The notes under the pieces were generated by a model that worked only from the letters and a program-made list of their open reading frames with translations, ran no database searches and was not told where the DNA came from. From a bacterium (GTDB taxonomy: Bacteria > Patescibacteriota > Saccharimonadia > Saccharimonadales > AWTP1-31), in contig JAUHZB010000004.1 in the NCBI GenBank assembly GCA_030426125.1, positions 9,253 through 73,252 on the forward strand: a stretch of DNA of 64,000 nucleotides, written 5' to 3'. Shown here piece by piece: positions 18,655 through 28,977 of this stretch (positions within the stretch are counted from its first letter, which is position 1; the number at the start of each line of letters is the position of its first letter). The position numbers were made by a program, and so were the translations under genes.

Positions 18655-18960
18655 ATGAAAAAAGCTGTAATAGCTAGCGGTGGAAAACAATATATCGTAT
18701 CAGAAGGCGACACTCTAGAGGTGGAGTTGTTAGCTGACGATAAAAAAACAAGCTTTAAGCCGTTACTAGTTGTAGATGGAAAAAAGACCGACATTGGTAC
18801 CCCTACTGTTGAAGGATCAACAGTAAGTGCTGAGATTGTTGAGTCTGACGTAAAAAACGAAAAAGTTACTGCAATTCGCTACAAACCAAAAAAGCGTGTT
18901 CGTAAGGTTCGTGGTCATCGCCAACATAAAACTGTTATTAAGATAACCAAAATATCCTAA
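18655..18960 (+). CDS. rplU: 50S ribosomal protein L21
   Basis: SGGKQYIVSEGDTLEVE and KVTAIRYKPKKRVRKVRGHRQ are typical of L21. Confidence 0.9.
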   Translation: MKKAVIASGGKQYIVSEGDTLEVELLADDKKTSFKPLLVVDGKKTDIGTPTVEGSTVSAEIVESDVKNEKVTAIRYKPKKRVRKVRGHRQHKTVIKITKIS

Positions 18961-19062
18961 TATAAAGCTACTAGTACTATAAGGCTAGTTGAATATATAG
19001 ATTATATAGTGTTTGGGCGTTTGTATTCAGACCAGCTTATGGTTAAATGTACATAGGGAAAA

Positions 19063-19824
19063 ATGACAAATACTATAGCTATTCTGAACCAAAAGGGGGG
19101 AGTTGGTAAGACAACCACGACTCTAAATCTTGCCGCTTACTTATCGAAGCGAGGCAAGACTGTATTGGTAGTTGATCTTGATCCACAAGGTAACGCTACT
19201 AGTGGGCTAGGGGAAGCAAAGAATAACCTAGAAACCTCTATATATGATGTACTTTTTTCTCGAGCTGCCACCCACCAGGCAATTAAAGAAACTAATTTAA
19301 AGAACCTTTATCTCCTGCCAGCTAATGCTCAGTTAGCAGCTAGTGAAGTGGAGTTAGCTGACACAACTCAGCGTGAGTTTAAATTAAAGATGGCCCTAAA
19401 GGGTCTAGATTATGACTATATTTTGATCGATTGTCCGCCTTCGCTTGGTTTGCTGAGTGTTAATGCCTTAACGGCCGCCGAATATGTACTAGTACCAGTT
19501 CAGACCGAGTACTATGCACTCGAAGGATTAGGCCAGCTTCTAGAGGTTATTCAGCGGGTGAACGCTGGATTAAATCCAGGGCTTCAACTTCTCGGGGTGG
19601 TAATGACAATGCATGACAGTAGAACTAGTTTATCCGATCAAGTAGTCGATGAGATTAAAAAACATTTTGGAAGTAAGTTAATGGATACCATAATTCCTAG
19701 GAATGTAAGATTAGCCGAGGCGCCTAGTCATGGAAAAACAATAGTAGAACATGATAAATGGTCTAAGGGCGCAAGAAGTTATAAAGCACTAGCAAAGGAG
19801 ATTGAAACACGTGTCAAAAAGTAA
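19063..19824 (+). CDS. parA: Chromosome partitioning ATPase ParA/Soj
   Basis: Deviant Walker A NQKGGVGKTTT, DLDPQGN and DCPPSLG. Confidence 0.9.
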   Translation: MTNTIAILNQKGGVGKTTTTLNLAAYLSKRGKTVLVVDLDPQGNATSGLGEAKNNLETSIYDVLFSRAATHQAIKETNLKNLYLLPANAQLAASEVELADTTQREFKLKMALKGLDYDYILIDCPPSLGLLSVNALTAAEYVLVPVQTEYYALEGLGQLLEVIQRVNAGLNPGLQLLGVVMTMHDSRTSLSDQVVDEIKKHFGSKLMDTIIPRNVRLAEAPSHGKTIVEHDKWSKGARSYKALAKEIETRVKK

Positions 19825-20692
19825 GTTAGGTAGAGGTTTTGATTCATTATTCCCAACTGATTTTGATCAGACAATTCTCGATAATCGGGAAACAATTCAA
19901 GATATTAAGGTTAATAAATTAGAACCAAATCCAGAGCAACCCCGAAAAGTGTTTGATGATAGTGAGCTAGAAGGCCTAGCTGCTTCAATAAAAGAACACG
20001 GTTTAATTCAACCTATAGTGGTAACTCCAAACGGTGACAAGTACTACATCATAGCTGGTGAGAGGCGTTGGCGTGCTTCTAAAAAATTAGGCCTAGAAAA
20101 TATTTCGGCAGTAGTTAGAACTGCCGAACAGCTACAACGCTTAGAGCTAGCTTTAGTAGAAAACGTACAACGGGTTAATCTATCGCCCTTGGAGCAGGCT
20201 GCTTCTATAAAGCACTTACGTGATCAATTTAATATGGACCATCAGACTATTGCTAAGAAGCTAGGTAAATCACCCACGGCTGTTATTAACATTCAGCGTT
20301 TACTGTCGCTGCCCAAAGAAGTAGCTGATGCTCTAAATAGTAAGAAGATAACCGAAGGGCATGCTAGAGCAATACTGGGACTTAAAGATGCTAGCAAGCA
20401 GGTTGAACTGATGAATTTAGTTATCAAGAACAATTGGTCAGTGCGTCAGACAGAACGCTACGTTGTAGCTCAGAAGCAAGGAGCCGGGGAGGTAAAAGCA
20501 GCCATAAGGAAATCTAGCGCGACTACTAAACAAACTACACTGCTAACTAAAAAGCTGAAAGCTGATGTTAGTCTTCGAAGAATGGCTAAGGGCGGGAAAA
20601 TTGAGATTAGCTACAAAAACGACAAAGACCTAGATCGAATTACTGATCTTATTGCTGGGAACGCAAAAACTACTAAGAAAACAAAAAGCTAA
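19811..20692 (+). CDS. parB: Chromosome partitioning protein ParB/Spo0J
   Basis: LGRGFDSL, PNPEQPRK, IIAGERRWRA and HTH region. GTG 19811 is preferred (SD aaggag at 19795-19800, 10 nt upstream) over the ORF-track TTG 19802. Confidence 0.88.
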   Translation: MSKSKLGRGFDSLFPTDFDQTILDNRETIQDIKVNKLEPNPEQPRKVFDDSELEGLAASIKEHGLIQPIVVTPNGDKYYIIAGERRWRASKKLGLENISAVVRTAEQLQRLELALVENVQRVNLSPLEQAASIKHLRDQFNMDHQTIAKKLGKSPTAVINIQRLLSLPKEVADALNSKKITEGHARAILGLKDASKQVELMNLVIKNNWSVRQTERYVVAQKQGAGEVKAAIRKSSATTKQTTLLTKKLKADVSLRRMAKGGKIEISYKNDKDLDRITDLIAGNAKTTKKTKS

Positions 20693-21432
20693 AAAGATTC
20701 ACCTTTACTAAAAGGGTAGACTCTTAATGAAAGCTTTCCAACAACATCATCGAGTGGAACCGGACCAAAAGCCCTAGAGTCTTGAGATTGGGGTCGATTG
20801 TCACCCATTACAAAGATTGAATTTTCAGGAATTGTTAAGTTGATATCGCCGTCAGTGTTGGTTATTACGTCGCCGTATTCCGCCTTATCTGGCTCGAAAC
20901 CGTCAGGATTTTGTTCGTTGTAAACAGTAACTTTATTATTCTTGATTCTGACCGTTTCACCAGGCAGAGCAATAACTCTCTTAATTAGCTGTCTGTCGCT
21001 AGTCCCACCTAGGCTGTAGTTGTCATGCCTAGTGAAAATTACTATTTCACCTCGTTCTGGAACGTAGGGGTTGTTAGTTATTTTGGCAATAGTTCTAGGC
21101 AATTTGTAGACGATTAAGCGATCTTTATTTTGTAGGGTTGTCTCCATGCTCGGTCCATCAACTTCATAAGATTGGAACACAAAAGCGGTTAATGCCAGAG
21201 CGATTAAAGGGGCAATAACTAGTATTGCAACTGTAGAGACAATACTTTTTAGATTATTTTTCTTGATCTCCTCGTCCGATTTTTTTTGGTTGTCTTCTGG
21301 CTGTAGTATCTCGCCAATTGGATCAATATCTGAATCGCCAGCAGGACTACCTGGGCTATCTGGCTGTGCTGGAGGCGGTACATTTGGGCTAGTCCCAGCG
21401 CTATTTTGGTCATTGTTTGTTTGCGGTGCCAT
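20689..21432 (-). CDS. lepB: Signal peptidase I
   Basis: GPSMETTL (Ser), LIKRVIALPGE (Lys) and GDNRPQSQDSR boxes. ATG at 21432 is preferred over the TTG-initiated 19-codon extension in the ORF track. Confidence 0.85.
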   Translation of the reverse strand: MAPQTNNDQNSAGTSPNVPPPAQPDSPGSPAGDSDIDPIGEILQPEDNQKKSDEEIKKNNLKSIVSTVAILVIAPLIALALTAFVFQSYEVDGPSMETTLQNKDRLIVYKLPRTIAKITNNPYVPERGEIVIFTRHDNYSLGGTSDRQLIKRVIALPGETVRIKNNKVTVYNEQNPDGFEPDKAEYGDVITNTDGDINLTIPENSIFVMGDNRPQSQDSRAFGPVPLDDVVGKLSLRVYPFSKGESF

Positions 21433-21533
21433 CGTGATTACTATACTAGAAATAGGATAATCATGCACATGTTTAATAACAATAAACAATGATGGTCAGT
21501 CCTAGCCTTGATTTGCTATAATGGAGTAATCGT

Positions 21534-22289
21534 ATGAGACAAAGATTTGCAAAATACAAACCGGCGACTGGCTACTCCCATTTAATTCATATAGCCTTAA
21601 CTTTGTTACTTCCTGCAATAATTTTTGTTATTGTTCGACTTGGTTTTTATCAACTAGAACTTGGTCTAGCGGTAATACTACTTAGTAAGTGGCGAATTTT
21701 TGCGGTTAAACCTCGTCACTGGCCAGCCAATCTGAGAGTTAATGCAGTTGATCTAATTGTCGGTCTTTCGGTCTTAGTATTTATGGTCCAATCCAGTACT
21801 CAACTACTACAGTTATTCTGGGCTATTATTTATGGTATTTGGCTGCTGTACATTAAGCCAATGTCTAATGTGCAGGGAAGTTCTATTCAGGCACTGATTG
21901 CGATGACATTTGGATTTTCGGCCTTATTTATAGCTCTTGGAGGATCGTCATTATACGTATTAGTAATTTTAGCCTGGCTGTTAGGCTACATGACTTCAAG
22001 GCACTTTTTGATTGCTTTTGAGGAGCCACTAATCAAATATCTGGCATATGTGTGGGCATATTTCTGTGCAGCTCTTACTTGGATTCTAGGTCATTGGCTA
22101 TTGTTCTATGGTCCAATAGCTCAACCAGCTCTATTAATTTCGATTCTTGGATTTGGTTTTAGTGGTATCTACTACCTACATCGATCAGATAAAAGCTCTG
22201 TTATACTAAGAAGGCAAATAGTATTTGTGGTTTTTGCGATTTTGGTTATTATTATCACTTTCTCTGACTGGGGTGATAAAGCTATTTAG
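21534..22289 (+). CDS. Hypothetical polytopic membrane protein
   Basis: 251 aa with about 7 hydrophobic segments and no recognised motif. Confidence 0.55.
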   Translation: MRQRFAKYKPATGYSHLIHIALTLLLPAIIFVIVRLGFYQLELGLAVILLSKWRIFAVKPRHWPANLRVNAVDLIVGLSVLVFMVQSSTQLLQLFWAIIYGIWLLYIKPMSNVQGSSIQALIAMTFGFSALFIALGGSSLYVLVILAWLLGYMTSRHFLIAFEEPLIKYLAYVWAYFCAALTWILGHWLLFYGPIAQPALLISILGFGFSGIYYLHRSDKSSVILRRQIVFVVFAILVIIITFSDWGDKAI

Positions 22290-22343
22290 AAGGTCAGATT
22301 AGAAACCTATAACTAAAACGACAATAATCAGACGGGAGGGTGT

Positions 22344-23618
22344 GTGAATAAGGAAGAGCCAATAAAACAGACAGAAAATAAGCCTATAGCTGAACGGTTA
22401 GCAGGGGCTAATGTAAATCGAACTACTAGTCAGCCGCCAGTATCAAAATTGACAAATAACTCTAACAAAGCCGATCGAAAGCTGAAAAAAAGCAAAACTA
22501 TGCTACTCGTTCTAGTTAGTATTGTAGCTGGCTTTATTGGCGGCTGGGCAGGTGGTCAAAATAATCAGCTTGGTTTAGCTCCCAGTAGCGATACTCAGCA
22601 ACAGATTATTGCTAGCGAAAGCCAGTTAATTAATCAGATAGCAAAAGATGTTGGGCCTAGTGTGGTGTCGGTTAATGTGTCCAGTACGGCAAGCACCAAC
22701 AGCTTCTTTGGGAGTGATTCGATAGCTCAACAATCGGCTGGAACAGGAGTAATCATCAGCAATGATGGAGTTATAATGACAAATAGACACGTAATCCCGG
22801 CTACTACTAAAAGCGTCAGCGTAACGTTGTCTGATGGTACTACTTTTGAAGACGTTGAGGTGATTGGTAGAACTAATGAAAGTGACTCGCTGGACGTTGC
22901 ATTTTTGAAAATTACCGACAGTAAGGGCAAGAAGTTATCCCCTGCAAAAATTGCTGACTCTAGTAAGGTAGAGGTTGGAGATAAAGTAGTGGCTATAGGT
23001 AATGCTCTCGGGCAGTTCCAAAATACGGTAACTAGTGGAATAATCTCTGGTTACGGGCGAGATGTTCAAGCCTCGGATGGTAGCGGTCGTTCAGTAGAGA
23101 CTCTGCAAAATCTTTTCCAAACTGACGCGGCAATTAACCAAGGTAATTCTGGTGGCCCTTTAGTGAACACAAATAGTGAAGTAATAGCTTTGAATACTGC
23201 CGTAGCTGGTGGTGATGCCCAAAACATTGGCTTTGCTATACCGATGAACGACATTTCAGGTTTAATCGATAGTGTCCTGACAGAGGGTAAACTTCTAAGA
23301 CCATACCTCGGTGTTAGATATATTAGCCTAACAGATGACATTGCCGTTCAATACGAGCTTGATGCAAAGCGGGGAGCCTACCTTGCACCTGCTAACCCTG
23401 GCACCGCGACAGTGCTACCTGATAGTCCGGCTGACAAAGCAGGTCTTCAGGAAGAGGATATAATCGTGAGTGTTGATGACGTAAAAATTGACGAGAAAAA
23501 CAGCTTAACCTCAATATTGGGCCGTAAATCAGTTGGTGATGAGGTGACCTTGAAGGTAATTAGAGGCGGTGAAGAAATATCGCTAAAAGCGACACTTGAG
23601 GCGGCCCCAGAAGAGTAA
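22344..23618 (+). CDS. htrA: HtrA/DegP-family serine protease with PDZ domain
   Basis: TM anchor; catalytic context TNRHV, DVAFLK, GNSGGPL; C-terminal PDZ (DSPADKAGLQEEDIIVSVD). Confidence 0.85.
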   Translation: MNKEEPIKQTENKPIAERLAGANVNRTTSQPPVSKLTNNSNKADRKLKKSKTMLLVLVSIVAGFIGGWAGGQNNQLGLAPSSDTQQQIIASESQLINQIAKDVGPSVVSVNVSSTASTNSFFGSDSIAQQSAGTGVIISNDGVIMTNRHVIPATTKSVSVTLSDGTTFEDVEVIGRTNESDSLDVAFLKITDSKGKKLSPAKIADSSKVEVGDKVVAIGNALGQFQNTVTSGIISGYGRDVQASDGSGRSVETLQNLFQTDAAINQGNSGGPLVNTNSEVIALNTAVAGGDAQNIGFAIPMNDISGLIDSVLTEGKLLRPYLGVRYISLTDDIAVQYELDAKRGAYLAPANPGTATVLPDSPADKAGLQEEDIIVSVDDVKIDEKNSLTSILGRKSVGDEVTLKVIRGGEEISLKATLEAAPEE

Positions 23619-23653
23619 TAGTTGGCTTAGCCAATTCGATTTACTTACTTCTG

Positions 23654-24496
23654 TTAAGTAGCTGTTCTTTGTCTGAAAAGTTGGACTAAATGATCACTGC
23701 CCATGAGGCTATAACCAATCTCTTCCATGATTTTATTTAGCTCGGCATGCTGAGATAGTAGGCTTTCGGTTAGGATGAAAGTAGGTTTAGCGATTTTTGG
23801 GCTACTCGTATTTAAACCACTTATTTGGTTAGCCAAGCCTCTATACAAGTCCAGACCATCACCATCTACAAACAATGCGGTTCTGGGTTCATAATCTAGT
23901 TCTTTTTCCACTTTCATGTCACTTGGCACGTAGGGTAGATTGGCTAGAATGATGCCATAGGAGTTGGTGGTATCTAGTAAGTTAGTTTGCTTGAATGACA
24001 CCTCGGCATTAAGCTGTTCGGCGTTGTTGCGAGCTACTTTTAAAGCCTCGGCGCTGATATCTGATAGCGTAACGTTTAGGTTAGGATGTTCTAGTTTAGC
24101 GCTGATACCAAGTATTCCTGACCCGGTTCCAATATCTAGTAGATTTCCAGTTGAGAGCCCATGTTTCTTTAACAGCTCAATGAAGCTTTCTGATTCTGGT
24201 CTAGGTATTAGGACATCAGAATTGAGGACAAACTGGCGATTGTAGAATTCTTTATGTCCCAATAGGTAGGCTATTGGTTGGCGGTTTAGGCGGCTATCTA
24301 GTAATTCGTTAAGTTTAGTAAGTTGTTTTTTGTTTAGCGGGTCATCGAGGTGGGCTAGAAGACTAGCTCGATTTATACAAAGGACCTTTTCTAGTAATAA
24401 CAGACAGTCTAGACGGCTACTTTTTACCCCAGTTTTGTTTAGCTTTTCGGTTGATCCTGTCAACCAAGATTTAAGTGTGGTATTTTCTTGTTTCAA
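23654..24496 (-). CDS. prmC: Release-factor glutamine N5-methyltransferase PrmC/HemK
   Basis: SAM motif LLDIGTGSGILG and NLPYV (an NPPY variant); located directly downstream of prfA. Confidence 0.85.
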   Translation of the reverse strand: MKQENTTLKSWLTGSTEKLNKTGVKSSRLDCLLLLEKVLCINRASLLAHLDDPLNKKQLTKLNELLDSRLNRQPIAYLLGHKEFYNRQFVLNSDVLIPRPESESFIELLKKHGLSTGNLLDIGTGSGILGISAKLEHPNLNVTLSDISAEALKVARNNAEQLNAEVSFKQTNLLDTTNSYGIILANLPYVPSDMKVEKELDYEPRTALFVDGDGLDLYRGLANQISGLNTSSPKIAKPTFILTESLLSQHAELNKIMEEIGYSLMGSDHLVQLFRQRTAT

Positions 24497-24507
24497 GATT
24501 ATTGTGC

Positions 24508-25563
24508 TTAGGATTCGTCTAATAATTTTTGGTTATATAGCTGCAGGTGCTCGTATAGATCATCTATCTCGCCATTTAAGGCACTAGGGATGTTGCTACG
24601 GCTGTAATTAATCCGGTGATCGGTGATTCTATCCTGAGGGAAGTTATAGGTTCGAATCTTTTCGCTCCTATCTCCAGAACCGATCAGGGCTTTTCGGGAG
24701 TCACTGAGTTTTTTCTGTTCTTCCTCAATCTTGTGTTGCAGTAGTCTGGAGCGGAGCACACCCATAGCCTTATCTTTGTTCTTTATTTGTGACTTTTCAT
24801 CTTGGCAGGTTACTACCAAACCACTGGGAAGGTGAGTAATACGCACTGCTGAATCAGTGGTGTTCACACTTTGACCACCGTGACCGCTGGCTCGGTAAAC
24901 ATCAATTTTAAGATCATTCTGTTTGATTTCGACATCTGTTTCTTCGGCTTCGGGTAGTACACTGACTGTGACTGTACTGGTATGTATTCGGCCCTGTGAC
25001 TCAGTAGAAGGAATTCTCTGAACCCTATGAACGCCAGCTTCAAATTTCAGGGTCTTGTATACCTCACTGCCACTAGCTGAGAAGATTACTTCTTTGTAGC
25101 CACCAACTTCGTTAGGGCTTTCACTAATTATCTCAACCTTAAAGCCTTTGTTCTCACACCAACGGGTATACATTCTAAACAGATCTCCAGCAAACAGGCT
25201 GGCTTCATCGCCTCCAGCAGCCGAACGTATTTCAATAATGGCGTTGCGATCATCGTTAGGGTCCGAAGGGATTAGAAGTAGCTTTAATTCTTGCAGGTTT
25301 TTTTCTAGCTGGCTTTCAATTTCTTCTAGTTCAGCCTTTGCTAGTTCGGCTAGTTCAGAGTTATTGTCCTGAGTTAATTTCTCTGAACTTTGTTTATTGG
25401 CTCTCAGCTCATTAATTTTGTCATAAAGATCAGTAATTTTTTCAAGTTCAGATAATCTTTTGGCTAATTTAGGATATTCCTTAGAACTGAAAATACTAGG
25501 ATCACTCAGGCGTTCCTTTAGCTCAGATAATTCTTTCCTTAGAGGTGCTTCTTTTTTTTCCAT
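24508..25563 (-). CDS. prfA: Peptide chain release factor 1
   Basis: GGQ motif ([23 protein letters not shown]) and a PST tripeptide (RF1 PxT type). Confidence 0.95.
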   Translation of the reverse strand: MEKKEAPLRKELSELKERLSDPSIFSSKEYPKLAKRLSELEKITDLYDKINELRANKQSSEKLTQDNNSELAELAKAELEEIESQLEKNLQELKLLLIPSDPNDDRNAIIEIRSAAGGDEASLFAGDLFRMYTRWCENKGFKVEIISESPNEVGGYKEVIFSASGSEVYKTLKFEAGVHRVQRIPSTESQGRIHTSTVTVSVLPEAEETDVEIKQNDLKIDVYRASGHGGQSVNTTDSAVRITHLPSGLVVTCQDEKSQIKNKDKAMGVLRSRLLQHKIEEEQKKLSDSRKALIGSGDRSEKIRTYNFPQDRITDHRINYSRSNIPSALNGEIDDLYEHLQLYNQKLLDES

Positions 25564-25639
25564 ATAGATTTCGTTTTATAAATACTCGGATATTTTAGGC
25601 AGTTTAAATAACTACCCATTAGTTAGATATTGTAAACAC

Positions 25640-25990
25640 TTATTTAGATTTAGCGACAGTTTTTTTCGGTTTTTCGACTTGGTCGGCGTTTTTGCGAACC
25701 CTGGTTTTGTTAGCCTTTTTCATAACCGCTTCTTTGCGCTTTGCAGCAGCTTCTTGGCGAGCCTTGAAACGATCTACTCGCCCTTCGATGTCGATCATCT
25801 TTTCTTGTCCAGTATAGAAGGGGTGTGATGCGCTACTGATGTGTACAGTAACTAGTGGATATTCTTTGCCATCGGTGTACTTAATGGTTTCTTTGGTAGC
25901 AACAGTCGACCTAGTTAAAAATAACTGGTCGTTGTTAAGATCTTTAAAAACCACTAGGCGGTAATTGTCGGGATGAATCTCTTTTTTCAT
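25640..25990 (-). CDS. rpmE: 50S ribosomal protein L31, type B (no CxxC), with a Lys-rich C-terminal extension
   Basis: [10 protein letters not shown].., HPFYTG. Start placed at the MKKEIHP Met, 7 codons inside the ORF-track start. Confidence 0.85.
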   Translation of the reverse strand: MKKEIHPDNYRLVVFKDLNNDQLFLTRSTVATKETIKYTDGKEYPLVTVHISSASHPFYTGQEKMIDIEGRVDRFKARQEAAAKRKEAVMKKANKTRVRKNADQVEKPKKTVAKSK

Positions 25991-26043
25991 AATCAGTGCT
26001 GAATTATACACATCTGTTGCTATCTGGTCAATAGTATCATCAT

Positions 26044-26072
26044 TAAGGGGGATGTATCAGTAGTTGTAATAG
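26044..26072 (+). promoter_or_regulatory. Candidate sigma-70-type promoter for rpsB-tsf
   Basis: TTGTAA (26044-49), 17-nt spacer, TACAAT (26067-72). This implies a ~95-nt 5' UTR. Confidence 0.35.
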
Positions 26073-26201
26073 GGGCTCTAATCTGTTACAATTGGCTACA
26101 TTGTTAAATTAAACAGGTGAGTACGACAATCCTCCTGAGCTGATCTTATCTAGTAGGACAATTTCCAGGCAGTGTACTCTCCGGTGAGAAAGGATTTTAT
26201 C

Positions 26202-26924
26202 ATGGCTACAGATGTAGACATTAAAAAACTATTACAAGCCGGTGCCCATTTTGGTCATAAGACTAGCCGTTGGCACCCTAAAATGGCGCCTTATATACAC
26301 AGTAAGCGCGAAGGAACACATATTATTGACCTAACAAAAACAGTAGCCGGAATAGAAGACGCAATGACTTTTATTAGCAAAACTGTTAGTGAAGGTAAGC
26401 AAATCCTGTTGGTAGGAACTAAAAAGCAAGCTAAAGATCTAGTAAAAAAGGTAGCTGAAGACACTGGAATGCCTTATGTTACAGAGCGCTGGTTAGGTGG
26501 AATGCTAACTAACAAACAAACTATTGGTGAGCGAATTAAACACCTTAAAGATCTTGAGAGCCGGATGGCTAGCGGTCAATTGGACGCTAAATATAACAAG
26601 CTAGAAGTTCAACGCTTCCAGGAAGAAATAGATCAGATGAATAATCTTTACGGTGGCGTTAAAGATATGGCTGTTAAACCAGGCGCAGTTTTTGTTGTCG
26701 ACATAAATAATGAAATGAATGCTTTAAAAGAAGCCATTAAGTTAAACTACAAGACTATTGCAATAGCTGATACTAATACCGATCCAAGTGATGTTGACTA
26801 CGTAATCCCAGCTAACGATGATGCAATTAAAACTCTTCAGCTGATATTGGATTACATTAAGAGCGCAATTGAGGATGGGAAGTCCAAGCAAAAAGCAAAA
26901 GCTAGCGACAAGGAGGAAAAATAG
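26202..26924 (+). CDS. rpsB: 30S ribosomal protein S2
   Basis: LLQAGAHFGHKTSRWHPKM and RWLGGMLTN. Start placed at MATDV (an SD-like aaagga lies upstream). Confidence 0.95.
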   Translation: MATDVDIKKLLQAGAHFGHKTSRWHPKMAPYIHSKREGTHIIDLTKTVAGIEDAMTFISKTVSEGKQILLVGTKKQAKDLVKKVAEDTGMPYVTERWLGGMLTNKQTIGERIKHLKDLESRMASGQLDAKYNKLEVQRFQEEIDQMNNLYGGVKDMAVKPGAVFVVDINNEMNALKEAIKLNYKTIAIADTNTDPSDVDYVIPANDDAIKTLQLILDYIKSAIEDGKSKQKAKASDKEEK

Positions 26925-27521
26925 ATGAAAGTTAGTATCGAAGACGTTAAGAGACTAAAGAACCTAACTGGAGTTGGTTTAACTGATGCCAAGAAAGCTC
27001 TAGAAGAAGCTGACGGTGACTTCGATAAAGCTCTTGAAGCAATGCGTAAAAAAGGCCTAACTAAGGCTGAAAAGCGTGGTGAGCGAGAAGCTCGAGCTGG
27101 AATGGTTGGAACTTACAACCATGATGGGCGTATTGGTGTATTAGTTGAAGTAAACTGCGAAACTGACTTTGTTGCTAGAACCGATGGGTTCACTGATCTA
27201 GTGAAAGATATAGCCATGCATATTGCTGCAGCTTCGCCAGAATTCTTAAGTGTTGAAGATATCCCTGCAGAAGTTAGAGATGCAAAAAAAGCAGAGTTCA
27301 GCGAAAAGGCAAAATCTGAAGGCAAACCGGAGAAAATGCTAGAAGGAATTGTTGAAGGAATGCTGAAGAAACATTTTGCTGAAAAGTGTCTACTAAGTCA
27401 GCCATTTGTTAAAAACCCTGATATTACAGTCGCTGAATTAGTCAAGGATGGCAACGCAAAAATGGGTGAAAACATTGTGGTTCGCCGTTTCAGCAGAATT
27501 GCTCTAGGCGAAATATCCTAA
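26925..27521 (+). CDS. tsf: Elongation factor Ts
   Basis: UBA-like N-terminus (VKRLKNLTGVGLTDAKKALEEADGDFDKA), EVNCETDFVA; abuts the rpsB stop codon. Confidence 0.9.
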   Translation: MKVSIEDVKRLKNLTGVGLTDAKKALEEADGDFDKALEAMRKKGLTKAEKRGEREARAGMVGTYNHDGRIGVLVEVNCETDFVARTDGFTDLVKDIAMHIAAASPEFLSVEDIPAEVRDAKKAEFSEKAKSEGKPEKMLEGIVEGMLKKHFAEKCLLSQPFVKNPDITVAELVKDGNAKMGENIVVRRFSRIALGEIS

Positions 27522-27604
27522 TTAGCCGTCTACAGGTCTAGCTAAAGATACAGATTCTTTTTAGAAATAAATGCTATACTTTGGGGTATAGGATAGGAGT
27601 AATT

Positions 27605-28168
27605 ATGAGCCCACAACAAGTTTTAGACGAAGCAAAATCCAAACTAAAGAAAATAGATAGTCATTTTGGCGAAGAGCTAAAGAAGCTTAGGACTGGCCGA
27701 GCATCGGCTAGTATGTTGGATGGGGTTATGGCCGAGGCTTATGGGACACCTATGCCTCTAAATCAGTTGGCAACAATTACCGCACCAGAGGCTCAATTAC
27801 TACAAATTACACCTTTCGATCCCAATAATCTGCAAGTAATATCGGCTGCAATTCGCGATAATCAGTCGCTTGGTCTAAACCCAGCTGACGATGGAAGAGT
27901 AGTTCGAGTTCCTATCCCGCCATTAACTGAGGAGAGGCGTCGAGAAATAAGTAAGCAAGTTCGTGCTAAACTTGAAGACTGTCTAATTAAAATGCGCGCC
28001 GTTCGACATGAAACTCTAAATACATTTGATCAAGCTAAAAAAGATAAAGATATTAGTGAAGATCAGGCTAGTAGATTGGCTTCCCAGGTTGAAGATCTAA
28101 TGAACAGCGCCAAGCAAGACGCTGAAGCTCAAGCCAGCAAAAAAGAAAAAGAGATAATGACAGTTTAA
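27605..28168 (+). CDS. frr: Ribosome recycling factor
   Basis: LRTGRASASMLD, ITPFD, VRVPIPPLTEERR. Start placed at MSPQQ. Confidence 0.9.
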   Translation: MSPQQVLDEAKSKLKKIDSHFGEELKKLRTGRASASMLDGVMAEAYGTPMPLNQLATITAPEAQLLQITPFDPNNLQVISAAIRDNQSLGLNPADDGRVVRVPIPPLTEERRREISKQVRAKLEDCLIKMRAVRHETLNTFDQAKKDKDISEDQASRLASQVEDLMNSAKQDAEAQASKKEKEIMTV

Positions 28169-28185
28169 TAACTGTAATCTGACCT

Positions 28186-28911
28186 ATGGCATCTCTGGAG
28201 TCATCATCAAAAAATCTGCCAGTTCACCTTGGCTTAATTCTTGATGGCAATAGACGCTGGGCGAAGGAGCGCGGGTTAGCTCCGTTCAAGGGCCATAAGG
28301 CAGGATATACGAATCTAAAAGAAGTCGTTCAGGTAGCTTTTCGGCGTGGTGTTAAGTATGTCTCAGCTTATGTGTTTTCAGTTGAAAACTGGGGTCGAAG
28401 CAAGGAAGAGGTAGACTATCTAATGAAGCTACTTCTTTGGGTGGCTAAGAGTGAAGTTAATGAGTATAACAAGCAGAACATCAAGGTTGTTTTTATTGGT
28501 GAACAACAACGACTGTCAGCGGAGATAAAGAAACAGATGCGCCTAGCTGAACAGAAGACTGCAGATAATGATGGCGGAACGTTAGTTATATGTCTAAATT
28601 ATAGCGGCAAGTATGAGATTGCATCTGCATTGAAAAATATTGTAGGTAGTGGCGTAGAGACAGAAGATATTACACCTGAGCTGATAGAGGAGAATTTATA
28701 CCAGCCAGATGTGCCAGCTCTAGATCTAATTATTAGAACCTCTGGAGAACAACGGATCAGTAATTTTATGTTGTGGCGAGCTGCCTATAGTGAGTTGTAC
28801 TTCACAGATACTTATTGGCCAGACTTTAATGAAGCTGAATTAGACAAGGCGCTAACTGACTATTCAACTCGACAAAGAAGATTCGGTAAAGATTCTACTA
28901 AAGCCAAGTAA
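28186..28911 (+). CDS. uppS: Undecaprenyl diphosphate synthase
   Basis: HLGLILDGNRRWA, FSVENWGR, IRTSGEQRISNFMLW. Confidence 0.9.
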   Translation: MASLESSSKNLPVHLGLILDGNRRWAKERGLAPFKGHKAGYTNLKEVVQVAFRRGVKYVSAYVFSVENWGRSKEEVDYLMKLLLWVAKSEVNEYNKQNIKVVFIGEQQRLSAEIKKQMRLAEQKTADNDGGTLVICLNYSGKYEIASALKNIVGSGVETEDITPELIEENLYQPDVPALDLIIRTSGEQRISNFMLWRAAYSELYFTDTYWPDFNEAELDKALTDYSTRQRRFGKDSTKAK

Positions 28912-28977
28912 TTATCTGTAAAATAACAAAAAAAGTTAAGCTATATTCGCTTTCAATATCCTGTATAATAGGGGAAT

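Noticed and set aside
19807-19814. ACACGTGT palindrome at the parA/parB junction as a possible parS
   Set aside because: It does not match the parS consensus TGTTTCACGTGAAACA beyond the central CGTG. I found no GTTTCAC/GTGAAAC inverted pair in the window.
24649-24658. GGTTCGAATC, a tRNA T-arm-like decamer
   Set aside because: It lies inside the prfA coding region. I could not build acceptor, D or anticodon stems around it on either strand. I found no tRNA in the window.
26107-26201. Possible structured rpsB leader (ggtgagtac ... gtactctcc pairing, CCUCC anti-SD-like segment)
   Set aside because: There is only one imperfect 9-bp pairing, and I see no resemblance to a known S2 autoregulatory leader. 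This is insufficient without comparative data.
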